A stretch of 64,000 nucleotides of DNA, from the sequence record NZ_CP016173.1. One strand, given 5' to 3'. This document shows positions 27,887 through 37,821 of this stretch, piece by piece. This stretch comes from a plasmid. How positions within the stretch are numbered: position 1 is the first letter of the stretch; each line of letters starts with the position of its first letter. The position numbers and the translations under genes are program-made. The notes below the pieces were generated by a model. The model had not been told where the DNA came from. It ran no database searches and was given only the letters and a program-made list of their open reading frames with translations.

Positions 27887-28614
27887 TAGCGAACCTCATG
27901 CATTTGGCGAGCCAGACGAGACCAGGCGCCAGGCAAGAATTGATCGCGGCAGTGTTGTGCGTAGAACTCAAGCTGCCCGGCATGGAATGCGTTCTTGGTG
28001 GATACCAAACGCAGGTCAGCCAGCGATTTATCGCGCGCTGCATAGAGATCGTCATCGGCGCCAGAAAGTATCTGGGTCAGCAGGTACGGATCGCTGAGAT
28101 CGCAGTCAAAGGGCCGCTTGAGTGTGTCCATGCCACGCGACGTGAACAGCGCGAATAGCGCCTGCAGGCGATCCGCGATTGCTGGCTCTGCAAAGGAGCT
28201 GGTGACATGAATGATTCGACAGAAGTGGTTAACTTCCGTCTGGGTGAATTCGGGCAATGCTGCCAGAAACCCGGCATTTCGCATTGCAAACATTCCGAGA
28301 TGATGAACCTGATGGCAGAGAGTGCACACGGTGACGAGGTTGTTCTCGGTGTTGTTCGTGTGGTCATCGTCCATGTGGTGAATCTCTTGGTACTTGGAGG
28401 CCCGAAACCCACAAAAGCGACAGGTGTAGTTGTCCCTGGCGAGGATCGTTTTGCGCATCGGCTCGAAAGCCTCATCGGCTAATGCGGCATGCTCGTCATC
28501 ACGGCGCCAGATCTTGCGCTTGACGCCGATGATTGGTTGCGCGTCATTGCGCCCAGCGCGTGAGAGCTCCGGAACCTTGGGTAGCAATGGGCTCATCGCG
28601 TTCGTGCCTCGCAC
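27886..28614 (-). CDS. Cys-rich HNH-motif zinc-binding protein at the IcmJ/DotN (R64 TraT) position
   Basis: 'CRFCGF ... HHMDDDHTNNTENNLVTVCTLCHQVHH' is an HNH-type C-x2-C ... H ... N ... C-x2-C-H motif. The position between the icmD-like and icmB-like genes matches icmJ. Confidence 0.5.
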   Translation of the reverse strand: MRGTNAMSPLLPKVPELSRAGRNDAQPIIGVKRKIWRRDDEHAALADEAFEPMRKTILARDNYTCRFCGFRASKYQEIHHMDDDHTNNTENNLVTVCTLCHQVHHLGMFAMRNAGFLAALPEFTQTEVNHFCRIIHVTSSFAEPAIADRLQALFALFTSRGMDTLKRPFDCDLSDPYLLTQILSGADDDLYAARDKSLADLRLVSTKNAFHAGQLEFYAQHCRDQFLPGAWSRLARQMHEVR

Positions 28615-28686
28615 CTGAACAGAAGTCGGGGATGTAAGCGGCCGGAGGGGTCGGGCCCCCCCTGCCCTGGCGCTGGCAGCTCTGTA

Positions 28687-29073
28687 CTAGTTGCCAAGGA
28701 GCGAGTTGCGGCTGATCCACATGATCGTGGGTACTGCGAGCATCAGGCCGCCAATAAAGATGCCAACGATGGCGCTGGTAGGCTTTTCGCGTTCATCCTT
28801 GGCCGCCTTCCAGATGGTGTAGGCAGACATGATGGTGATGATCAGCCCGATGAACGCCGCAATGGCGAGCATCAAGGAATTCACGCTGTCAAGAATGTTC
28901 CCGCCGTTCTCAGCGACGTTGGTCAGTGTCTTCCCGCCCGAGGCATCTTGGGTGAGGTCCACCCTGGTCAGGGCTGCTTGAGCCACGGTCGCGTGAAACG
29001 AGACCGCAATCAGCAGAAGCTTGGTGTGCGCGTTCTGCGCGATTCGACCAAGTATGTTGGCGCGATGTTGCAT
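28687..29073 (-). CDS. Small inner-membrane protein, IcmD/DotP-like by size and position
   Basis: 128 aa with a signal or anchor helix plus a second TM. Sits at the icmD position of the icmG-C-D-J-B order. Confidence 0.4.
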   Translation of the reverse strand: MQHRANILGRIAQNAHTKLLLIAVSFHATVAQAALTRVDLTQDASGGKTLTNVAENGGNILDSVNSLMLAIAAFIGLIITIMSAYTIWKAAKDEREKPTSAIVGIFIGGLMLAVPTIMWISRNSLLGN

Positions 29074-29113
29074 GGAGGTATCTCCCTGGTAGAAAGGTGG
29101 GGTGTGGTAGGGG

Positions 29114-29728
29114 TTACTTCAGCGAGGAAAAGAGCGAAATGAAGTTGAAGCCAACGGTGTTGTTGATCACATCGGAAAACCACTTGAAGTTCCAGGCGAG
29201 CACGCCGCCGAGAAGCCACGTCAATGACGTGCCGAAGGATGCGGCTGCCGCGCTCTGCTTGTAATACCGGTTGATGCCCATCAAGCCCTTCACGATCGCT
29301 ACGAAGCCCATCGCCTGCAGCAAAGCGAGCAGCGCCAACGTGACTGCCAACGCTTTTTCTTGCGCGGTGGAGCTCGGGCCTGGCGTATATGACAATGTGT
29401 CCGCAGTCATCCGAACGGCGGCGTAGTCTCCCGTAAGCGAGCGCGAGAGAACTCCTACGAATTCCAACGTTCCGACCGAGAGCAACAAAGCCCCGATGAG
29501 AAGCTGAATCACCCCGCCTGTGGTGCTGTATGCGCGCTGACTGGATATGTGCTTCGACAGGTTGTCATTGTTGGCCCCCCAAAGTTCGACCAACGCTCCG
29601 ATCGTCAGGTACATGCCCATTGCCATGGCTGCCACCTGCATGAGCATGATGATCGAAGGGATCACCTTGCCGATGCCAATCAGCATCGTCGCAAGATCCG
29701 GAAAATTTGAGGCCAAGCTTGTGTCCAT
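29114..29728 (-). CDS. Polytopic inner-membrane protein, IcmC/DotE-like by size, topology and position
   Basis: 204 aa with 4-5 predicted TM helices, between the IcmG-like and IcmD-like genes. Confidence 0.45.
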   Translation of the reverse strand: MDTSLASNFPDLATMLIGIGKVIPSIIMLMQVAAMAMGMYLTIGALVELWGANNDNLSKHISSQRAYSTTGGVIQLLIGALLLSVGTLEFVGVLSRSLTGDYAAVRMTADTLSYTPGPSSTAQEKALAVTLALLALLQAMGFVAIVKGLMGINRYYKQSAAAASFGTSLTWLLGGVLAWNFKWFSDVINNTVGFNFISLFSSLK

Positions 29729-29752
29729 GGAGTGCTCTGCTGGGTCTTAGGT

Positions 29753-30451
29753 CTACTGATTGGACGCGGACGAGATCATCGGCGTGTTCGTCGTCCGAAT
29801 AGATTGCGTCTGTGCGACCGGGCCCGGTTTTGGAGGCGCGTCAGTTTTGAGAATGGAGATTTCGCGCTGTCCATCAGAAAGCCATACCCGGTTGCCGAGC
29901 TCCGCTCGTACTACAAAACCTTTGGGTGGTGTGTACGGGGCATTGGTGTGCTCTGGCACGCTGTCTACCGTCTTTACGGGGCGCCCGGTGTCCGAAAAGA
30001 CAACGGAGACCCCCGGATTCAACATGCGGTCTTCTTCTAGTGCACGAATTCGCTTATCCAAAGATTCGATTCGTGTGATCAGGAGTTGAGCTTGTTTTGC
30101 AGCTGTCTCGTCTCGGCTGGCAAGCGCTTTGGTGAGCTTGTTCTCCAGGCTTTGCGCGTCTTCCTTGGCCTGGCGCAGAGCGCTTTGTGTGCTTTCGAGC
30201 TGGACGCTCACGATGTCTGGGCCGACAGTCGCCGGTGCAACCGCAGCGGGTGCAGCGGGCACGGGCGTGGCTATATGCGCTGCGGCGGTTTTGGCAGAGG
30301 GCGCTTCTTGGACCGTGTTGAAGTGTGCCGGTATCGAGGCTTTCTGTGCTTTAGGTTTCAACAGGTGTATGACGAGCACGGATACGACAATGAAGCCGAC
30401 AAATCCGCCGCCGAAGACAGCCATGAGCTTTCCGAAAGACCAGTTTTTCAT
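29753..30451 (-). CDS. Bitopic membrane protein with a periplasmic coiled coil, IcmG/DotF-like
   Basis: N-terminal TM 'FGGGFVGFIVVSVLVI', an Ala/Pro-rich segment, then a coiled coil (LENKLTKALASRDETAAKQAQLL...). Position matches icmG. Confidence 0.45.
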   Translation of the reverse strand: MKNWSFGKLMAVFGGGFVGFIVVSVLVIHLLKPKAQKASIPAHFNTVQEAPSAKTAAAHIATPVPAAPAAVAPATVGPDIVSVQLESTQSALRQAKEDAQSLENKLTKALASRDETAAKQAQLLITRIESLDKRIRALEEDRMLNPGVSVVFSDTGRPVKTVDSVPEHTNAPYTPPKGFVVRAELGNRVWLSDGQREISILKTDAPPKPGPVAQTQSIRTTNTPMISSASNQ

Positions 30452-30460
30452 CGTGCTGTC

Positions 30461-31858
30461 TCAGTTCTGTACGTACACGTCAGACAAGAAGAACACTGCG
30501 ATACCCTGGTTCTTCGGTGTCGAGAAGGTCGCCTGGCGATCGAAGCCACGGCGGATTTCCTGGGAAAAATTCGTTCCCAGTTCTCCTACGCTGGTAGCTA
30601 TCACCTGTTTGTTTGAGGGCTCCTGTGTGCTGGTCACCGTGGTTCCAGATGGAACAATCACGGCAGTTCCAGGTGTCTGCGCGTAAGCTTTGCCGAATCC
30701 AGACAAGAGGCTTGCCGCACCTAAGGAGCCGTATCGCTCAAGCGTGTGATGGTCGATGTTCTCGGCGACTCCAAGGCTGGCATTTTCGGTTTTCATGGCG
30801 ACCGCATTGATGCTCATTGAGGGCCGTCCATCTTGCGGGGCGAGCGTCGTGAACCTGAACCCAATATCGTCGGGCCGCTGCTCTACCCTGCCGATTAATA
30901 TGGAGCCTTCCCACGCACCGCCACGGACAACGGCCATCACATCCATGCCTTTGTCCGTGTTCACCTCCGGAATTGTCTCTGCGTAAAGCACGTTGCCGGT
31001 TCGAATGACCGGCGTGCGCTGTGACGACTGGGCTGCGCTCGCCTGCTGAACGGTTCCGGTCGGCTGGCTTGCTGCGGCCGTGGCATTGACGGGCAGCGTG
31101 TATGCGACAACGCTGTTGCTGCCAATTTTGTTCAGCGAATCTTGGCCCAGCATTTTGTCAAGCTGCTTTAGCACGGTCTCTTGCTTCTTGGTGACGTACG
31201 CGTCGCGCTTTTTCAGCGCGTCCTCGTAGGCTTGCGTTTGCCGGCGCCGCGCCTCTTCGAGAAGCCTCCGCTGTTCGCTGTCCGTTGCGGTTGCACTGGG
31301 CACCGGCATGGTGGCCGGTGCTGCCTTGAAGCCTTGGTTTCCTCCGAAAATATCGTTTGTCCCGTTCGGCTTCTGCTGAGCCTCGTCCGGCTGAATTTGA
31401 GGTATGAAGGGAGGCTGATAGCTGCCACCGGAATTTTTGGCTTCTTCTGCCTCTCTTTTCGCGACATCGTTGCGTCGAGCAGCTTCCTTTGCGGACACTG
31501 GATTGATGTCTATGGGCGCAGAAGGGGCTGTAGGTGCCTCAAACTGCGCGGTATTCGTGTCCGCAACCTTATTGCGCGCACTGGTGAGCGTCCTCACACC
31601 CACCGCGATCATGATCAAGATGACAATGGCGGCGCCAATGATCGAGATTCGGCCGATGCCGTGGCCGAATACCGATTTGAGATTGCGGCGCCATTCATCG
31701 GTCCTGGCTCTGGGCGCGGGCCTGGCTTTGCGCGCAGGCATATCTGGTGCTTCAACAGGCGAGCTTGGCGTTACATCATCCTCGGGCTCATAGCCCGATG
31801 CTCCAATCGAGGGCTCTGAGCGCACATGCTCTTGCGGCTCGTCGTGGTTCTCGCTCAT
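30461..31858 (-). CDS. VirB10-family T4SS protein (IcmE/DotG C-terminal-domain-like; R64 TraO-like)
   Basis: Cytoplasmic N-terminus, single TM 'ISIIGAAIVILIMIAVGV', Pro-rich region, and a C-terminal beta-domain ending 'GIAVFFLSDVYVQN' typical of the VirB10/TrbI family. Confidence 0.6.
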   Translation of the reverse strand: MSENHDEPQEHVRSEPSIGASGYEPEDDVTPSSPVEAPDMPARKARPAPRARTDEWRRNLKSVFGHGIGRISIIGAAIVILIMIAVGVRTLTSARNKVADTNTAQFEAPTAPSAPIDINPVSAKEAARRNDVAKREAEEAKNSGGSYQPPFIPQIQPDEAQQKPNGTNDIFGGNQGFKAAPATMPVPSATATDSEQRRLLEEARRRQTQAYEDALKKRDAYVTKKQETVLKQLDKMLGQDSLNKIGSNSVVAYTLPVNATAAASQPTGTVQQASAAQSSQRTPVIRTGNVLYAETIPEVNTDKGMDVMAVVRGGAWEGSILIGRVEQRPDDIGFRFTTLAPQDGRPSMSINAVAMKTENASLGVAENIDHHTLERYGSLGAASLLSGFGKAYAQTPGTAVIVPSGTTVTSTQEPSNKQVIATSVGELGTNFSQEIRRGFDRQATFSTPKNQGIAVFFLSDVYVQN

Positions 31859-31865
31859 CTAATGT

Positions 31866-32798
31866 TCACTCGATGAAAATCGTTACGGCGCGGCCACCGG
31901 CAAGCAAGGTGACCGTATCGTGCAGGCCAGCGTAGCGATACACCGATACGCCAGATGTGCTGCGAGCCGCTGCTATGTATGCGGGGTACTGTGCGGTCGC
32001 ATTTGTGCGCAAGTAGAGGTTGTTGTGGTACGACCACGCGACAGTGCCTTCGAGCCCACGCACGCGCAGCCTTTTTGCTTGCTCGGGCGGAGTTCCATCC
32101 ATGAAATAGGGCAGATCGCTGTCGATCGTAGGAAGCGACGTGATGCTGACCGTGCCTGATGCATCCGGGTTTCTGCCCGGAACCTTGGCGTCAACTCGAA
32201 CATCCACGTCGTCTTGGCCGCTAATAAGCGTCAAGATGACCGGCGTTGAAAGGCCATTGAGCTGTACAGACACGTTTCCGTAAACCACGGGGCTAAGTGG
32301 CTCAAGAGCGAGCACATTGGTAGGCGTCTCGTCTTTGCCCGCGCCCCCTCCTTCCGTATGTCCGTCGCTAAACAACTGCCGATTGAGCGACACCCGCTTG
32401 ATCATCCATGGATTGCCATTTACGTCGGAGAAGACGATAGAGGACTGCTGCCCCCGAGATAGCCGAATAATGGGTGGTGGTACCCCTGGTTCCAGATTCA
32501 CGGCGAGGGTCCGGGTAACAGGCCTTGCAGGGGCGACGTAAGGGGTGGCTTTGTAGCCCTCTCTTTGCAGATAAAGCCGCTTTACGCGGGCAGTTTGTTC
32601 AGGGGTGAGTTGCAGCTGCTCCAGATCTCGGATCATGTCCTCCGAAATCTGTGCGTCGCTTGGATACTCGACCCTGGGCGCGGCTGCGCCCAAATTATTG
32701 GGAGGCATCGGTGGCGGTGGCGGCGGTGCGTCCTGTGCTTGCCCGAGCGAGGCGTAGCTCAGGCATAGTGCGACGACGAAAGATCGGTACCGGCGCAT
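31866..32798 (-). CDS. Secreted outer-membrane-complex protein, IcmK/DotH/TraN-like (VirB9 analogue)
   Basis: Signal peptide, N-terminal polyproline stretch, 310 aa. Position upstream of the VirB10-like gene matches icmK-icmE order. Confidence 0.5.
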   Translation of the reverse strand: MRRYRSFVVALCLSYASLGQAQDAPPPPPPMPPNNLGAAAPRVEYPSDAQISEDMIRDLEQLQLTPEQTARVKRLYLQREGYKATPYVAPARPVTRTLAVNLEPGVPPPIIRLSRGQQSSIVFSDVNGNPWMIKRVSLNRQLFSDGHTEGGGAGKDETPTNVLALEPLSPVVYGNVSVQLNGLSTPVILTLISGQDDVDVRVDAKVPGRNPDASGTVSITSLPTIDSDLPYFMDGTPPEQAKRLRVRGLEGTVAWSYHNNLYLRTNATAQYPAYIAAARSTSGVSVYRYAGLHDTVTLLAGGRAVTIFIE

Positions 32799-32802
32799 CG
32801 CT

Positions 32803-33579
32803 TCAATTCCGGGGAGGCTTGAGGACGACTGACTCCACCGCGATGCCCTTCTGGTTGGCGGCGGACGCCTGTATGCGTACTACCTTCACTGAAGCGCGAA
32901 ACTCCTGGCGGGAGAGCGGCTTCTCAGAGCCGCCGACGTAAAACTCGATCGCGATCGGCACAACGACCGTCCAAGATTGGGGGATGCCCGTAGCTGGGGA
33001 CATTTCCTCCAGCTGCGGCGTTCTGGTGGCCATGGAACGAAGAATCAAGCGTCCATCAATCACGCGGCGCAGGTTGCCAGAGCTATCAAGTCCTTCCATG
33101 AAGGCTCTTCGGCCCGCCTCGGTGTACCAACGTGCGGCAGCCTCGTTGATCAAGCTGCGGTAATTCACGTAGTCATATGAATATGAGTTCAGGACCGCAT
33201 CCTTTGCGAAGTTGGTGACATCCGCGCCGCTGACGCGCGGCGTGCTTTCGGGGGTCACCTCGCAGATGGCGCGGTTATCTGTGGTGGGGATGTACCGATA
33301 CTTCGGGAAGGCGTAGAGCGTCCCAGCGATCACAATCACTAGGCCCCCAGCCAAGACCAGGTTGGTACCCCAGACGCGCAAGTTCCGGCGCTTCAGGTGC
33401 ACAACTTCCAGTTGAAGCCGCGACACCTCGCGTAGTACCGATGGCGCTTCGCCTGGCGTGGTGTCGGACGCAAGCTGCAGGAGGCGATCCTCGGAACCGG
33501 CCCCATCAGTTTTCTGATCTACGCGCGTCTTTTTCTTACCGAACATGGGGGAGTCTCTGCGTGGTTCCATCCAAGACAC
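32803..33579 (-). CDS. Bitopic inner-membrane protein, IcmL/DotI/TraM-like (VirB8 analogue)
   Basis: Cytoplasmic N-terminus, one TM 'LVLAGGLVIVIAGTLY' and a periplasmic globular domain. Position matches icmL. Confidence 0.5.
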   Translation of the reverse strand: MSWMEPRRDSPMFGKKKTRVDQKTDGAGSEDRLLQLASDTTPGEAPSVLREVSRLQLEVVHLKRRNLRVWGTNLVLAGGLVIVIAGTLYAFPKYRYIPTTDNRAICEVTPESTPRVSGADVTNFAKDAVLNSYSYDYVNYRSLINEAAARWYTEAGRRAFMEGLDSSGNLRRVIDGRLILRSMATRTPQLEEMSPATGIPQSWTVVVPIAIEFYVGGSEKPLSRQEFRASVKVVRIQASAANQKGIAVESVVLKPPRN

Positions 33580-33811
33580 AGACCGTCGCGGTCCCGTCGT
33601 AAAAGCTGATGTTCTCCAGATTAGAGAAGGCCAGCAGCCATGCCGTCAGAAGCAACAACAGACAAAGCAGGATGGGGTTGAGCAGTTCCCCCGCTTGCGC
33701 CACAGCGGACAACAAGCGGCAGAAGCGGCGCAAGCCTCGGGTGTCAATCTCCCTTCTCGGATGACCCCACGAGCTGCCAGATGTCCGCGTAAGCATAGTA
33801 GTTTTCTCCAA
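33536..33811 (-). CDS. Small single-TM protein, possibly IcmM/DotJ-like (first gene of the leftward T4BSS operon)
   Basis: 91-aa ORF with the hydrophobic helix 'ILLCLLLLLTAWLLAF'. Size and position resemble icmM. Start codon uncertain. Confidence 0.25.
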   Translation of the reverse strand: MEKTTMLTRTSGSSWGHPRREIDTRGLRRFCRLLSAVAQAGELLNPILLCLLLLLTAWLLAFSNLENISFYDGTATVCVLDGTTQRLPHVR

Positions 33812-34357
33812 TCAGCGTGACATTCTAGCGGGAAATTAGAAATGCGCAACGAGAAGAATTTGATGCAGCCTCATCAAATTCCTTATCGTCATCAAATTTT
33901 GATGTCGCGTCGGCTGGCTGATTAGAAATGATATGCGGTCGTCCTGCCACACGCTGACCCGGCTCCCAGCGCAAACTTGGCGCAAAGAACGCGTATTGAA
34001 AGCGTATGTAGTGCGGGATCTACGCGCAAGTATCGGAGCGATACAGCGTTAAAAATGCGCGTACTACCGCCATTAGAGTGCAGCCATAGCGGCTCCACCG
34101 CGCGGTGCGGCAACAAGGCGCCAGTTAGGTGGTCGCCTTTGCAATCCGCTGGCACCTGGGTCACGCGGTAGAACTTTTGACGCGTGGTTCACGTTATTAC
34201 TGCCCAGGCTCAGAGCAAGCGGCTGCGCTGGTGCCAGCGCCCCGACTAGGCGGACGCGGTGGGCAGCGTTGTAGCGTTTCGAAATGGCCTTCGGCAGGGC
34301 TAAAGGGCGTGCATCACAAGGGCTATTGGTATTTCATCGGTCGGTCGAAGCAGATTG
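33812..34357. promoter_or_regulatory. AT-rich non-coding region with short direct repeats; likely promoter/operator for the leftward icm-like operon
   Basis: No credible ORF. ATTAGAAATG at 33833 and 33923; CATCAAATT twice; GTATTTCATCG at 34328, an 11-mer also present in the 3.2-kb iteron block. Confidence 0.35.
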
Positions 34358-35503
34358 TCACATGGCGCCGGGGCTCTTGAGCCACTCCGTAGCTGCCTGG
34401 AGCGTCCGGTCGTCCGGTCGAGCCACATCGGGCTTTGGCGATTGCCCGCTGACAGCCATAAGCGACTCTGGGGATGGGCGAAATGTGTTTTTCATCCATC
34501 CACTCATTTTTTTGCCATAGTGACTCTTTGCGGTGGCCGGGCTCACATGCCCAAACAGGGCCGCAATTTCACGATCGGTCAGCCCACTGGCTTTGGCATT
34601 GGCTACAGCTTGGTGACGGCTGCTATACAGGGTTGGACGTGCGGCGGAGCCTGGTCGATACCCTGCCCTCTTGAGCGCGTTGGACATGCAGTGCCGGAGC
34701 GGGCCGAAAAAAGACTTTGCGAGCTGATCTTGAGAAAGCGTCGGGTTCTTGGCTCGATGCGCTTCGATGAGTCCAAGAAAGTGAAGCAGTGTGGCCAGGT
34801 CTTCCGCGCTGATGGAATGCAGGAGGATCTCTCGGTGGGTTCCGTTGGCACGCCCGTGTGATGCCTTGCTATTACGCACTATGAGCCCGAGGCAGGAACT
34901 GCGCGCTCGCGCATTGGGGCCAAGGTATGAAAATGTCGCCGCGTCAAACCATTCCTCCGGGCGCAACCCAACAAGCAGGTTTGCTCTCAGAAAGGCGAGC
35001 AAAGTCCCCACGTAAACCACGCCAGGGGTGCTTTTCCCATAGAGCTCCAGGGTATCGAGTGCGTCCTTGGGGAGCGCCTTCAGTTTAGGACTCGAAGTTT
35101 GTGACGTTCGGCGCGGTAAGGAGTTGGTTGCAAGCGCGCGGACGCTTTCGTAGGCCTGTTCGTACTCGCTTAGCCCATCGCTGCCATGGGCAATGACAGC
35201 CTGCGCCGTTTCTGCGAGCCAGAAGAGGACTGCCGCCTTCAAGGAGCGGGCCGTAGCCTGGGCGATTTTCTGCTGTGCGAACAGCCAGGCCAGGTGTGCA
35301 GCCATCCTGGCCGGAGTGACCTTGGTGGCATTTCCCTCAGCGGCGCGGATCTGGTTTTCGAGGACCAGAATTTTTCGGGCGTAGTCATCGCGGCTTTTGC
35401 TCTGCAGGCTGGCGCCAACCCACTCTTCGCTGCTGATGCGATCAATAAGCGTTAGCGGCGTTTTGCTGCCATCGATTCGAACGTTGCCATCATTGATTGC
35501 CAT
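34358..35503 (-). CDS. Tyrosine site-specific recombinase (phage-integrase family) located inside the transfer region
   Basis: C-terminal catalytic region 'LYSSRHQAVANA ... ALFGHVS ... KSHYGKK' fits the R ... HxxR ... Y tyrosine-recombinase signature. 381 aa. Confidence 0.7.
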   Translation of the reverse strand: MAINDGNVRIDGSKTPLTLIDRISSEEWVGASLQSKSRDDYARKILVLENQIRAAEGNATKVTPARMAAHLAWLFAQQKIAQATARSLKAAVLFWLAETAQAVIAHGSDGLSEYEQAYESVRALATNSLPRRTSQTSSPKLKALPKDALDTLELYGKSTPGVVYVGTLLAFLRANLLVGLRPEEWFDAATFSYLGPNARARSSCLGLIVRNSKASHGRANGTHREILLHSISAEDLATLLHFLGLIEAHRAKNPTLSQDQLAKSFFGPLRHCMSNALKRAGYRPGSAARPTLYSSRHQAVANAKASGLTDREIAALFGHVSPATAKSHYGKKMSGWMKNTFRPSPESLMAVSGQSPKPDVARPDDRTLQAATEWLKSPGAM

Positions 35504-36384
35504 TGAGGTTCCTTGGCGGATGTTGCGGGCCCGTGGCCCCAGCGGCGAAGTGTGTCGCCAATGGGTTCGCAGCCTTCGGGGTGTGCATGGGCGGGGCGTG
35601 CCGCCAACCAGGTGTCATTGCGGCGTTCCGTGCTGACAAGCAGCTTGAGTTGATCGCATGGGGGGGCTGGCTGGTCACATGTCCCGTTACTTCCCATACG
35701 TTGCCTCGTACACATATATTCACTCGCGTGTTCATTGAAAACGTCATTCGTTATTGCGGCTATTAAGCCCATTGCGGTAACAGAAAGTCGCGTTCATTGA
35801 AGCGGCTAGTGCATGTTATTTGAGATGCAGGCGGTTTGCATAGTATGTGCAGACCTTTTTTTTGTGGTGTACAGGGACGGGAAGTAACGGGAAGCTGCTG
35901 GACCGTGACCATCCCAAGTCGGTCGGCGATCACGTTTCAATTCGAATGCCCGGCACGGCCTAAGAAATTTGTTCTCCGTATCCGCAGACGTTTCTCATAC
36001 GGCGGGCAGCAATGCGTAGTTTTGTGGCAGCAAGCAGTCGTGTTGCCGTCTGAAAAACGTAATGAAGTTGCGCGCACCTGGCAGACAGAGCGTAAACATT
36101 GCGTCATAATGGCGTGAGCTGTGCGATTATAACGTGGTGGTATGAGTAGAAACCGCGTACGGAACAGTGTGACGACTGCGCGGGTACCGTGTGTCAAAAA
36201 AGCTGAGTTTTGATGCCAGGGCGTTGTCTGTGCGTCGAGAATGTGTAATGATTCGGCTGGGCTCGGAGCCACGGCCTTGTATGGCTGTGCCAGCGAACGG
36301 ACGCAAGGCGTGTCGTACGGTCTTTTGCGTTCGGCGATAAACCTTAGAAAATTGACGTTATACGTTCTTGAGTGGAGCCATTAC

Positions 36385-36870
36385 ATGATCTGGAAGATAA
36401 GGCGAGCGTGGGTCGTCCTGGCGGTATTCCTCGGCGGATGCTCCTCACTCCGGCCTGGTGACGACGTGACCCCCGACGTGTACGCAAATCGCCTAATGGC
36501 GGACAAGATGGCGGTGGCCGCGGATGCTCAGCGGCAGTACGCCGCCCTAGTGGCGGAAGGCAAAGCGAGGGTTGAGCGTAAGCAAGAGATGCTGGAACTG
36601 GACCTCATCAACGTCGATTACATCGGCTTGCCCCAGGAGCTGCTCCAGACTCTCGCGTACCGGTACGGTTATCGGTACGTCGAGGTGGGGCAGCCCACCC
36701 AACTTCGCGCTATCAACATAAAGATGACGAGCGTGACCCCGACGGATGTGCTGCGTTCTATCGGGCAGCAGATTGACCGGCAAGCCGACGTGGTGCTGAG
36801 CATGCCGGCAAGGACTATCCGGCTCACCTACAAAACCCCGGTGCCAGCAGGCGGCAAAAAGAGGGGATAG
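36385..36870 (+). CDS. Outer-membrane lipoprotein, DotD/TraH-like
   Basis: Lipobox 'VFLGGCSS', about 160 aa. First gene of a lipoprotein - 315-aa protein - PilT-like ATPase trio matching the Legionella dotD-dotC-dotB operon. Confidence 0.55.
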   Translation: MIWKIRRAWVVLAVFLGGCSSLRPGDDVTPDVYANRLMADKMAVAADAQRQYAALVAEGKARVERKQEMLELDLINVDYIGLPQELLQTLAYRYGYRYVEVGQPTQLRAINIKMTSVTPTDVLRSIGQQIDRQADVVLSMPARTIRLTYKTPVPAGGKKRG

Positions 36871-36873
36871 GCC

Positions 36874-37821
36874 ATGCCGATGGATATGCCGCCCATGAGC
36901 CTGGAGCAGGCCCAGCGGCTCTATGAGGGGTCTGCTTACGTCGAAGTGGTGGATCAGTCTCGTGGTGGCAGCGCGGCGACCGCTGCCGCGCTCATGGCGC
37001 AGCAGAACGATGCCCAACGCGCACGGTCGCAGGCGCTTCTGGATACCGCGTTGGGCATCGGTGTCAAGGCCGGCATTGCCTGGCAACTGGACAAGATCCG
37101 ACGTGACGTGAAGGCCAACGAGCGAAAGCTGGACACGATCTACGACTTCGGCAATTTGATGATTCAGGGCCGGGTGGTGCCGCCCGTGATCGTGCAGGCG
37201 ACTGATCTTTATAACCAGGACGGCGATCTTACGCTTCGACTTTCTGGGGCCTATTACAAAATCGAGTCCCAGGCAAAGTTCGCTTCCGTAGCACCGTCTT
37301 GGCGTGGTTACCTGTCATTCCCGACTGCGGGGACGTTGCCCTCATCTTTCAACATGATCAAGCCCGCGACTTCGGCGGAAAAGAGTCTGTGGGAGCAAGG
37401 GGTCGCTGATGGTTGGCGTCAAGGAATAGAGCAGGCCGACATCATGCTGGAGCACTCGATGGACAGGCTCAATCGAGACTTCATAGGCATGCTTCGCTTC
37501 CACGAGTTTGTTCTGCAGGGGAAGATAACCATGCCGCTTATTGCGAGCGAGTCCATCCCTGTGACGAACAACGGCTCGACCATGGCGGTGGACGAGACGC
37601 TGTTGCGCATTACGGCGCTATCGGAGTTCGACGGCGATATGAAGAAATGGACGGGTCTCACGCCTTCGGCAGCGCCGAACAGCGATGTTCGCACACCGTG
37701 GATCACATCGGCGCCCCGTGCGGCGGCGCCGGCGCCTAGCAGCGCCACGGCCCAGACCTTTCCCGTAGTAGGGCAGGGGAGTTCAGTCCCGAGCGGGGTG
37801 GTGGATGGACACGACAATTGA
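36874..37821 (+). CDS. DotC/TraI-like T4BSS outer-membrane-complex protein
   Basis: 315 aa between the DotD-like lipoprotein gene and the DotB-like ATPase gene. Identified by position and size only. Confidence 0.45.
   Translation: MPMDMPPMSLEQAQRLYEGSAYVEVVDQSRGGSAATAAALMAQQNDAQRARSQALLDTALGIGVKAGIAWQLDKIRRDVKANERKLDTIYDFGNLMIQGRVVPPVIVQATDLYNQDGDLTLRLSGAYYKIESQAKFASVAPSWRGYLSFPTAGTLPSSFNMIKPATSAEKSLWEQGVADGWRQGIEQADIMLEHSMDRLNRDFIGMLRFHEFVLQGKITMPLIASESIPVTNNGSTMAVDETLLRITALSEFDGDMKKWTGLTPSAAPNSDVRTPWITSAPRAAAPAPSSATAQTFPVVGQGSSVPSGVVDGHDN

Noticed and set aside
35836-36117. 93-aa ORF inside the AT-rich recombinase-dotD intergenic region
   Set aside because: Poor codon bias, Cys/Arg-rich translation and no RBS; more likely non-coding promoter DNA.
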